Made by a program: the position numbers and the translations under genes. A stretch of DNA of 64,000 bases from an uncultured Thermoleophilia bacterium. Lineage in GTDB: Bacteria; Actinomycetota; Thermoleophilia; Miltoncostaeales; Miltoncostaeaceae. Numbering within the stretch: position 1 is the stretch's first letter; each line of letters begins with the position of its first letter. A model generated the notes under the pieces. That model was not told the origin of the DNA and did not search any database. It saw nothing but the letters and a program-made list of their open reading frames with translations. Below are positions 18,681 through 27,165 of this stretch, piece after piece. The stretch is taken from the NCBI GenBank assembly GCA_963736635.1, contig CAVTPK010000011.1, forward strand, positions 1,698,011-1,762,010, in the 5' to 3' direction.

Positions 18681-20431
18681 GGGATCTCCGCCGTCACGCG
18701 CGTCCCGCCGCCGGCCGGGCTCCACACCCGCAGGCGGCCGCCGAGCGCCTCGACGCGGTCGGCCAGCCCGCGCAGGCCCGAGCCGCGCTCGGTGTCGGCG
18801 CCACCGACCCCGTCGTCGGAGACCTCGACGCGCACCAGGCCGTCGCGGCGCAGCACGTGGACGCGCGCCGACGACGCCTCCGCGTGCTTGCCCATGTTGG
18901 CCAGGCTCTCGGAGACGAGGTAGTAGGCGGCCAGCTCGAGCGCCTCCGGCAGGCGCTCGTCCATCCGCACGACCAGCTCGACCGGGACCGGCGCCACGGC
19001 CACGAGCTGCTCGAGCGCGACCTCGAGCCCGTGGTCGCTCACGACGGCCGGGTGCAGCCCGCGGGCGATCTCGCGCAGCTCGGCCAGCGACCGGGCGAGC
19101 TCGGCCCGCGCCTGCTCCACCCGCGCGCGGCCCGGCGCGTCGTCCCCCAGCTCGCGGCCCGAGCATCCCGAGCTCCATGCGACAGCGCCACCAGGCGCTG
19201 CTGGGCGCCGTCGTGCAGGTTGCGCTCGAGTCGCTTGCGCTCCTCCTGGGCCACCTCGACGATCCGCTCGCGCGATCCGCGCAGCTCCTCCAGGCGCGCC
19301 CGCAGCTCCACCTGCAGCCGGGCGTTCTCCAGGGCGATCCCGGCGGCGGCGGTCACGGCGTCGAGCAGCTCCCGCTCGTCGGACAGCGAGGGGTCGTGGA
19401 TGAGCGCCGCGACGCGCTCGCCGTCGTGGTCGATCGGCGTGATCGCGCGCCGCCCGCCGCCCTCGGGCGTCGCCACCTCGCGGCCGTCAACGTCCGCGTA
19501 GCAGCCGAACTCGGGCAGCCAGTAGACGAGCTCCAGCGACGGGTCGCGCAGCGCGCGGGCGAGCGCCGGGCCGAGCTCGGACGGGCCGGGGTTGGCGCGC
19601 AGGGCGATCACCAGGTCGCCCACGCCCGAGCGCGCGAGACGCGCGTCGAGCAGGCCCAGCAGGAAGGCGATCGGGCTCAGCCCGATCACGAGCAGGGTCG
19701 CGCGCTGGATCGGGACGAACGCCGGCCCGTGGAGCGCCGCCGTCATGTAGAGCGCCGCCAGCATCACCAGGCCGGCGGCGAAGCACTCGGGGAGCACGGC
19801 GACCCACCCGCGGCGCGGACGACCGGCGTCGCGACGCCGCAGGGCCAGCAGCACGACGGCCGTGAGGCAGAACGCGGAGACGGCGATCAGCTGCCAGCGC
19901 TCGACGGTCTGCGCCGCGTCGGTCGTTCGAGGAGACCGCCAGCAGGTTGTCCGGGCCGAAGGCGCCGAGCATCATCTTGGCGACCTGCGGGCCGACCGAC
20001 GCGACGTAGGTGGCGACCACCAGCGCCACCTCGGCCCGCGAGCGCAGGCGCCCGGAGGGGAACGCCAGCGTGACGTGCAGGAAGATCGCCGCCGCGAGGA
20101 TGTCGAAGAGGTCCCCGACCGTCCGCAGGACGTCGTTCTCGGCGAACTGCAGGCACAGCAGCCCGGTGGCGAACCCGCCGACGACCATCAGGGGCCCGAG
20201 CCGGCTGGCGGGACGCCGCGCCCAGGCGATCAGGCCCGCGGCGATGTACGGGATGGTGATCCACTGAAGCAGCAGGATCTGGATGCCGGGGACGCCCTCG
20301 CGCCGGGCCAGGGCGACCGACAGGACCAGCAGCCCGCAGGCCGCGACGGCGAGGGCGGCCAGCACGTACGGGTGCGGCGCGCGGGACGTGCGGGCGTGCG
20401 GCCTCTCGGGGGTCTCCGCGAGGGTGGCCAT
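18668..20431 (-). CDS. Membrane sensor histidine kinase, HisKA_3 (frameshifted)
   Basis: ERNLHDGAQQRL H-box, ESLANMGKHA, DDGVGG, GSGLRGLADRV. Confidence 0.85.
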
Positions 20432-20582
20432 CGGTCCGGTGGGACGGGACGTCCCGGCGCGACCCTATTCCTGCGAGCGCCCCGGGGACATCCCCCGCGC
20501 GCCGCCGCCGCGGATCGCTGGACGGGGCCGCTCGCGGTGAGGGAGCCTTGGCAGTCCCGGATCCCGCGTGAAAGGGGGAGTG

Positions 20583-21905
20583 GTGACCTACGACGAGGTG
20601 GTGGCCAGGGTCGAGGAGCGGGACGTGAGGTTCATCCGGCTCTGGTTCACGGACATCCTCGGCCAACTCAAGAGCTTCGCGATCGCCAAGGACGAGCTGG
20701 CCGGCGCGATGGAGCAGGGCATGGGCTTCGACGGCTCCTCCATCACCGGCTTCAACGCGATCGAGGAGTCGGACATGATCGCCATGCCCGACCCGAGCAC
20801 CTTCGCGATCCTGCCCTACCGCCCGCAGGAGCAGTCGGTGGCGCGCATGTTCTGCGACATCCGCGTGCCCGGCGGCGAGCCGTACGAGGGCGACCCGCGC
20901 TACGTGCTGCGGCGGGCGCTCGACCGGGCCAAGGCGATGGGCTTCGACCACTTCTACCTGGGGCCGGAGCTCGAGTACTTCTACTTCAGGGACTCCGCCG
21001 GCACCGAGGTCCTCGACCGCGGCGGGTACTTCGACCTCACCACGCTCGACGCGGCCAGCGACCTGCGCCGCGACACGGTGCTGGCGCTGGAGCAGATGGG
21101 CATCGGCATCGAGTACTCGCACCACGAGGTCGGGCCCTCGCAGCACGAGATCGACATGCGCTTCGCCGACGCGCTGACGATGGCCGACAACGTCATGACC
21201 TACCGCACGATCGTCAAGGAGATCGCGCACAAGCACGGCTGCTACGCGACCTTCATGCCCAAGCCGCTCTACGGCGAGAACGGCAGCGGCATGCACGTGC
21301 ACCAGAGCCTGTTCCGCGGCGAGCAGAACGCCTTCTTCGACGCGGGCGACGAGTACTACCTGTCGGCCGAGGCCAAGGGCTTCATCGCGGGCCTGCTGCG
21401 GCACGCGCCCGAGATCGCGTGCGTCTTCGCCCAGTGGGTGAACTCGTACAAGCGCCTGGTGCCGGGCTACGAGGCGCCGGTCTACGTCGCCTGGAGCCGG
21501 CGCAACCGCTCGGCCCTGGTGCGGGTGCCGGTGTACCACCCCGGCAAGGAGCAGTCGACGCGGGCCGAGCTGCGCTGCCCCGACCCCGCCTGCAACCCGT
21601 ACCTCACCTTCGCCGCCCTGCTCCACGCCGGGCTCGAGGGGATCGAGCAGGGCTACGTGCTGCCGCCGCCGATGGAGCAGAACCTCTACGACCTCACCCA
21701 CGAGGAGCGGGAGCGGGCCGGCATCGAGTCGCTGCCCGAGTCGCTCGGCCAGGCCATCGAGCTCGGCGCGGCCAGCGAGCTCCTGCTCAAGTGCTTCGGC
21801 GAGCACATCCACTCGCGCTACGTGGAGCTCAAGCGCGACGAGTGGGAGGACTACCGCGTCCAGGTGACCCCCTACGAGCTGGAGCGCTACCTGCCGCTGC
21901 TGTGA
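20583..21905 (+). CDS. glnA: Type I glutamine synthetase (GSI-alpha/GlnA2-like)
   Basis: FDGSSI.GF..IEESDM, HHEVGPSQHEI, ATFMPKP..NGSGMHVH, NSYKRLVPGYEAP, ELRCPDP. Confidence 0.93.
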   Translation: MTYDEVVARVEERDVRFIRLWFTDILGQLKSFAIAKDELAGAMEQGMGFDGSSITGFNAIEESDMIAMPDPSTFAILPYRPQEQSVARMFCDIRVPGGEPYEGDPRYVLRRALDRAKAMGFDHFYLGPELEYFYFRDSAGTEVLDRGGYFDLTTLDAASDLRRDTVLALEQMGIGIEYSHHEVGPSQHEIDMRFADALTMADNVMTYRTIVKEIAHKHGCYATFMPKPLYGENGSGMHVHQSLFRGEQNAFFDAGDEYYLSAEAKGFIAGLLRHAPEIACVFAQWVNSYKRLVPGYEAPVYVAWSRRNRSALVRVPVYHPGKEQSTRAELRCPDPACNPYLTFAALLHAGLEGIEQGYVLPPPMEQNLYDLTHEERERAGIESLPESLGQAIELGAASELLLKCFGEHIHSRYVELKRDEWEDYRVQVTPYELERYLPLL

Positions 21906-21982
21906 GACGTCCCGCCGGGCGCGACGGATCCCGATCGCGCCCGGCGCAGGACTGCCCTCCGGCCGGACGAAGACCGGTGACC

Positions 21983-22621
21983 ATGGGCAACCGATGGGGC
22001 ACCGCGCGCACCGAGGCCTTCAGCGACGGCGTCTTCGCCATCGCGATCACCCTGCTCGTGCTCGAGATCTCGGTGCCCGCGTCCGACTTCGACGACCTCT
22101 GGCAGGGGATCGCCGACCAGTGGCCGTCCTACCTGGCGTACGTCACCAGCTTCACGGCGATCGGCGGCATGTGGCTCGCCCACCACGGCATCTTCCGCCG
22201 CCTGCGCTACGTCAACGACGCCGTCATGCGGGCCAACCTGCTGCTGCTGATGGTGGTCGCCTTCCTGCCCTTCCCGACGGGGCTGGCGGCGGAGTCGCTG
22301 GGCGACATCGACGCCGAGCGGGCGGCCGTCATCTTCTACGGCTCCTCGCTGCTGGTGATCTCGGTCCTCTTCTGGGTGCTGTGGCAGGCGGTCCTGCGCG
22401 ACCGCGCGCTGCTGGAGGAGGGGATCTCGGAGGCGGAGATCGCCGGCATCACGCGGCGCTCCTCGCCCAACATCCTCTTCTACGTGGTCGCGACCCTCGT
22501 GGCGGTCGTCCATCCCACCGCCGCGGCCGTGCTGTACCTGGTCATCGCGGTCCTGTCCGTGCTCCGGGCGCCGGGGGGCCGCCGGGAGCACGCGCCGCCT
22601 CAGCCGACGGCGGCGGACTGA
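21983..22621 (+). CDS. TMEM175 family potassium channel
   Basis: RTEAFSDGVFAIAITLLVLE signature, W.AHH. Confidence 0.9.
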   Translation: MGNRWGTARTEAFSDGVFAIAITLLVLEISVPASDFDDLWQGIADQWPSYLAYVTSFTAIGGMWLAHHGIFRRLRYVNDAVMRANLLLLMVVAFLPFPTGLAAESLGDIDAERAAVIFYGSSLLVISVLFWVLWQAVLRDRALLEEGISEAEIAGITRRSSPNILFYVVATLVAVVHPTAAAVLYLVIAVLSVLRAPGGRREHAPPQPTAAD

Positions 22622-22748
22622 CCGTCGAGGGTCGGCGGGCGGCCGTCCGTAGTTCGCCCCCGTACGCCGCGTGGTGGCACGGACGCCGGCGGGGGCGGCG
22701 CGACGGCAGGCTGGGCGGCGTGGTGACGATCGCCGGTGGCGCCGAGGC

Positions 22749-23424
22749 ATGATGACGCGGATGCTCCGTGAGCCGGTGGCGACCGCCGGCGCGCTGCTGG
22801 CCGGTGCGGGGGCGGTCATCCTCCTCGGGATCATCACCGCGGAGGCCCTGTACCCGGCGCCCTACGCGACCGACGTGAACACGATCAGCGACCTCGGCGG
22901 CACGCGGCCGCCGGAGGGCGTGGTGCGGCAGCCGTCGGCGGCGATCTTCGACGCCACCATGGTCGTGTCGGGCCTGATGATCCTCGCCGGCGCCCTCTTC
23001 CTCGTGCGCGCGGCCCGCGGGCGCGCGGTGACGCTGCCGGTCGCCCTGCTCGGGGTGGGGGTCCTCGGCGTCGGCATCTTCCCGGGCAACACCTCGCCGC
23101 ACCCCTTCTTCGCGCTGCTGGCGTTCGGCGCGGGCGGCCTGGCGGGCGTCCTGTCGGCGCGGTCGCTGCCCGCGCCGATGCGCCAGATCTCCGCGGCCCT
23201 CGGTGCCGTCGCCCTGTGCGCGCTGGCGCTCGGCCTTTTCCTGGTCGACAGCGAGCCCGTCGCCTCCCTGGGCGAGGGCGGCATCGAACGCTGGATCGCC
23301 TACCCGGTCGTCCTGTGGCTCGTGGCGCTTCGGCGGCTTCCTGTGCGCCGGGGCGCGGGCCGAGATCGACGGCGGTGGCACCGGGTCCGGTTCCGGGGTC
23401 GGGAGCGGCGTCGGCGGCGGGTAG
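22749..23424 (+). CDS. DUF998 family membrane protein (frameshift near 23325)
   Basis: AEALYP, NTISDLG, GVGIFPGN, GGIERWIAYP. Confidence 0.75.
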
Positions 23425-23606
23425 GGCTCGGGGATGCTCGGGGGAGTGGGCTCCGGGATCGTGGGGGGATCCGGGAAGGGCTCGGGGATGGGTTTCGTCG
23501 TCATGACGCCCCATATACCCCGAGGGGCCCCGCGCGGCACATCGCGATTCGGCCGCCCTCGTGCCGGGAACCCTCACCCCTGACCGCAAGCGAGTGACGG
23601 AGGGTC

Positions 23607-23735
23607 ATGCCCCCCAAGAGCCAGGAACCGCACCCCCACGAGCACGAGACCGACGACGAGGACACGCTGGACGAGGAGCTCGAGGAGTCCTTCCCCAGCT
23701 CCGATCCCCCGAGCACCGGCGGCCCCGGGATCTAG
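23607..23735 (+). CDS. 42-aa acidic protein with ESFPxSDPPS motif (not in ORF track)
   Basis: RBS ggagg; MPPKSQEPHPHEHETDDEDTLDEELEESFPSSDPPSTGGPGI. Confidence 0.65.
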   Translation: MPPKSQEPHPHEHETDDEDTLDEELEESFPSSDPPSTGGPGI

Positions 23736-24016
23736 AGGGGGTCGTCCTCCGGGGGAGGGCCGCCCAGCCGGCCGTCCTCGCCGACGCTGCCGAAGCGCGC
23801 CTGGCCGCCGCGCGTGTGGATGTCGCGGACGACGCCCCGGACGAACTCGGCCCGCTCCTCGGGGTCCATGTCCTCGAGCTGGCGGACCTGCTCCAGCGAG
23901 GCGCCCACGTCGCCCGCGTCCGCGAGGGCCCGCAGCGGATCGGCGATCAGGGCCTCGCGGAAGTCCGGGTCCGCGACGGTCCGCGTCCAGATCGGAACGA
24001 GGGTCTCATCGGCCAT
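23732..24016 (-). CDS. Small protein with NHLP-leader-like N-terminus
   Basis: W.RTVADPDFREALIADPLRAL. Confidence 0.55.
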   Translation of the reverse strand: MADETLVPIWTRTVADPDFREALIADPLRALADAGDVGASLEQVRQLEDMDPEERAEFVRGVVRDIHTRGGQARFGSVGEDGRLGGPPPEDDPL

Positions 24017-24070
24017 GGACAATGATCGCACGGGTGACCGTCCCGCGGCCACCCGTGCGACCGGCCCGCG

Positions 24071-24559
24071 CTAGCCCTCGGGGTCCAGGCCCAGGATCTG
24101 CCGGATCTCGGCCAGCTCGGTCAGCTCGCCCTCGCTGACCCGCGTCGCGCCGATGCCGAGGAAGCCGCCCTCCTTGGCCGCGTCGGCCGCCTTCTGGGCC
24201 GCCTCGACCAGCCACCGCCGGAAGGCCGCCGCCTCCTCGGGCGTGGCCTTGGCCTCGAGGATCGCGTTGACCGAGGTCAGCTCGTCGGTGAGCTGCTGGC
24301 GCGCGGTGGAGGCCTTCAGGTCGAGCTCCTTGCGCAGGTTGGCGTGCTCCTTGGCGTGCGCCTGCGCGTACTGCGAGACCGCGATCAGCAGCTCCTCGTC
24401 GGAGGGCGGCGTGGCGAGCGACTTGATGGCCGCCATCGTCTCCTTGCTGAGCTCGATCGGACCGCCCGGGTCGGCGAGCGAGATCGCGAAGCCGGCGACG
24501 AGCGGCGAGCGCGCGAGCGCCTCCCACTCGTCGTCGGTGTAGTCGGCGCGTTTGGTCAT
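24071..24559 (-). CDS. Conserved hypothetical protein
   Basis: DYTDDEW, ADAAKEGGFLGIGA.RVSEGE. Confidence 0.75.
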   Translation of the reverse strand: MTKRADYTDDEWEALARSPLVAGFAISLADPGGPIELSKETMAAIKSLATPPSDEELLIAVSQYAQAHAKEHANLRKELDLKASTARQQLTDELTSVNAILEAKATPEEAAAFRRWLVEAAQKAADAAKEGGFLGIGATRVSEGELTELAEIRQILGLDPEG

Positions 24560-24575
24560 GGGCCCTCGCTTGTGG

Positions 24576-25658
24576 TCAGCCGGCCGCGGTCTGCGGCGTG
24601 GCGGGTTTGGCCCCTCCCGGTGGGTCGGGGTCCACGTACTGCTGCATGAAGGTCGGATCCTCCTCGCGGCGGATCATGTACCGCAGGGCGAGGTAGAACA
24701 GCAGGTCGATCGCCAGCCCCTGAATGGCCCAGAACTGGTCGTGGTAGAAGACGAACAGCTGGGTGATGAGCAGCGACACGAGCACGGCGCGCAGGAACCA
24801 CTTGTAGGCCCGCAGCCGCGAGCGCCGCATCAGGAACAGGCCGATGATGATGAACGCCGCGCTCACGAGGGCGGCCGTGAGCTGGATGCCGTGCGCGGTG
24901 TCGGCGCTCGCCGCCCTGCCGTCCAGCCCCTTGTCGTCCACCTGCACATCGATCGTGACCGGCAGGCGGGAGAGCAGGTAGACCACGCCCACCCACGCGA
25001 TGATCGTCTGCGAGCGGCGCCGGAGGATGAAGCGGCGGTAGCGCGCCTCCAGCCGGTCCCTGACCCGCACGTAGGCCGGCGCCTGGTAGCGCACGTCTCC
25101 GGTCTCCCGCGCGAGGCCCTGGCGCAGTCCCTGGACCACCGGGTCGTCCGGGTCGGCCCGGTCGAGCAGCGACGAGACCGTGGTGCGCGTGGTCAGGTCC
25201 AGCGGCTGGCCGGCCGCGCCGGCGAGCAGCGTCAGCGCGTTGGCCAGGGCGTCGCGGGGACGGGTGGCGACGCGCCACCGGCGCAGGGCGCCGAGGGAGA
25301 GGAAGAGCACCATGAACACCGCGTACATCACCGCGACGGCCGGCTTGAAGAAGTAGTTCACGTCCTTCGAGATGAACTTGCCGATCTCGTCGATGAAGAA
25401 CCCGAACCCGATGCCGCCCAGCAGGGCGGCGTACCAGCGCGCGCCGGTGTTGAGGAGCACCAGCACGAGGAACACCGCGAGCAGCATCAGCAGCCCGCCG
25501 TACAGCAGGTGGGCGATGTGCAGCTCCCCGTTGCCCACCTTCGGGTAGCCGGTCAGCTGGAGGTACAGGCGGATGAGCAGGACCGTCGCCACCGCGCAGA
25601 CCAGCGCCAGCTCGATCTGGTCGGCCCCGTCGTTGCTCTTCAGCGGATGAGGCGCCAC
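24576..25658 (-). CDS. Integral membrane protein
   Basis: TGYPKVG..LHIAHLLYGG, GIGFGFFIDEIGK. Confidence 0.75.
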   Translation of the reverse strand: MAPHPLKSNDGADQIELALVCAVATVLLIRLYLQLTGYPKVGNGELHIAHLLYGGLLMLLAVFLVLVLLNTGARWYAALLGGIGFGFFIDEIGKFISKDVNYFFKPAVAVMYAVFMVLFLSLGALRRWRVATRPRDALANALTLLAGAAGQPLDLTTRTTVSSLLDRADPDDPVVQGLRQGLARETGDVRYQAPAYVRVRDRLEARYRRFILRRRSQTIIAWVGVVYLLSRLPVTIDVQVDDKGLDGRAASADTAHGIQLTAALVSAAFIIIGLFLMRRSRLRAYKWFLRAVLVSLLITQLFVFYHDQFWAIQGLAIDLLFYLALRYMIRREEDPTFMQQYVDPDPPGGAKPATPQTAAG

Positions 25659-25700
25659 GGCGACAGAGCCTAATCCACCGTGCGAGGATCACCCTAACCC

Positions 25701-26456
25701 GTGAGCTTCCAAGCCGACATCGCCACCGAGCCCGGGCGCGCCGCGATCCTCTGGATGCTGCTGGCGTTCGTGATCACGTTCCTCCTCACCCGCACGGTCA
25801 CGCGGCGCATCCAGGCCAAGTCGAAGAAGCCCACCGTCGACGCGGGCGGGCGGTCCCTGATCGGCGACATCACGATCGGCGGCGTCCACATCCACCACCA
25901 GGTGTGGGGGATCCTCCTGGTGCTGCTGTCCTCGCTGCTCGAGTTCGCGTACCGCCCCGACCGCCCGTGGGTGGAGATCCTGGGCGTCATGTTCGGCATC
26001 GGCGCCGCCCTCGCGCTGGACGAGTTCGCGCTCTGGGTCTACATGGACGACGTCTACTGGAAGGAGGAGGGGCGCACCTCGATCGACGCGGTGATCGTCG
26101 CCGCCACCATCTGCCTGCTCCTCCTGGTGGGGCTGTCGCCGTTCGACGCGGCCGACGTCCAGGCCGGCGACCTCGCGGGCTACGTCGCGCTGGCGATCAC
26201 GGTCGTGATCAACGGCTCGCTCGCGGTGGTCTGCTTCTTCAAGGGCAAGCTCTTCCTGGGCTTCGTGGCCATCTTCCTCCCCGCGGTGGGGCTGTTCGGG
26301 GCGATCCGGCTCGCGCGGCCCAACTCACCCTGGGCCCGGCGGCGCTACCCCGAGGACTCGCGCAAGATGGCGCGGGCGCGGGCGCGCTTCGCCCGCCACG
26401 ACCGCCGGATGGACGGGTTCCGCCGCCTGATCGGCGGCGACTTCAGCGGCACCTGA
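25701..26456 (+). CDS. Integral membrane protein
   Basis: GVHIHHQVWG, GAALALDEFAL, DVYW..EGR.S, RLARP.SPWA. Confidence 0.8.
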   Translation: MSFQADIATEPGRAAILWMLLAFVITFLLTRTVTRRIQAKSKKPTVDAGGRSLIGDITIGGVHIHHQVWGILLVLLSSLLEFAYRPDRPWVEILGVMFGIGAALALDEFALWVYMDDVYWKEEGRTSIDAVIVAATICLLLLVGLSPFDAADVQAGDLAGYVALAITVVINGSLAVVCFFKGKLFLGFVAIFLPAVGLFGAIRLARPNSPWARRRYPEDSRKMARARARFARHDRRMDGFRRLIGGDFSGT

Positions 26457-26549
26457 GGGTCCGTCGGGGCCGACCCCCCGATCGGCCAGGCGCGACCCAT
26501 CGGCGGTCGCGTTGCCCGCTTCGGGCCGGCTGCACTAGCGTCGCCGGCC

Positions 26550-27161
26550 ATGACGAAATCACGGATCTCCACACCCGCCCGCCTCCTGGCCGCGGCCGCG
26601 GTCGGCGCCGCGGCGCTGGCCCTGGTCGCCACCCCGCTGGCCTCCGCCAAGGCGCCCCCGAGGACCTACTTCTTCAGCGGCAGCACCACGATCCTGTGGG
26701 ATCCGGCCGTCTTCACCCCGCTCGGCGTCACGGCGACCCCGGGCGAGGGCGCCGTCGGCGCGGCCGACGGCCTGCGCTTCAAGGTCACCGAGGGCGTGGG
26801 CACGACGACGTACCCGCTCAGCGGTCAGATCCGCAGCGTCAAGGGGATGACGCTCCAGCAGGGCACCACCCGCCTCACCCTCCACTGGTTCAACATCGGC
26901 CTCGGCAAGGGCCGCCCGCTGTCCGCGCTCGTGGGCTCGAACGCCAACTGGGGCCCGCGCATGACCCTCTTCGCCACCAAGGTCGGGCGCGCCTCGGTCG
27001 TCGTCAAGCCGGGCCGCTTCCAGCTGAAGGACGTCCCCGTGGTGCTGACGCCGGTCGGGGCGGCCGTCTTCAACGCGCACTTCGGCGCGGGCGGGGCGCC
27101 GTTCGCGGCCGCCCAGCGGGTGGGAACCCTCCAGCTCCGCACCCGCACCTTCCTGGGCTAG
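26550..27161 (+). CDS. Secreted beta-rich hypothetical protein
   Basis: Signal peptide ending ASA; basic beta-strand-like sequence. Confidence 0.65.
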   Translation: MTKSRISTPARLLAAAAVGAAALALVATPLASAKAPPRTYFFSGSTTILWDPAVFTPLGVTATPGEGAVGAADGLRFKVTEGVGTTTYPLSGQIRSVKGMTLQQGTTRLTLHWFNIGLGKGRPLSALVGSNANWGPRMTLFATKVGRASVVVKPGRFQLKDVPVVLTPVGAAVFNAHFGAGGAPFAAAQRVGTLQLRTRTFLG

Positions 27162-27165
27162 TGCC

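Noticed and set aside
14752-20431. Pseudogenisation or programmed frameshifting of the MMPL/two-component cluster
   Set aside because: Indels occur throughout the window, with no consistent slippery sites; sequencing error is simpler.
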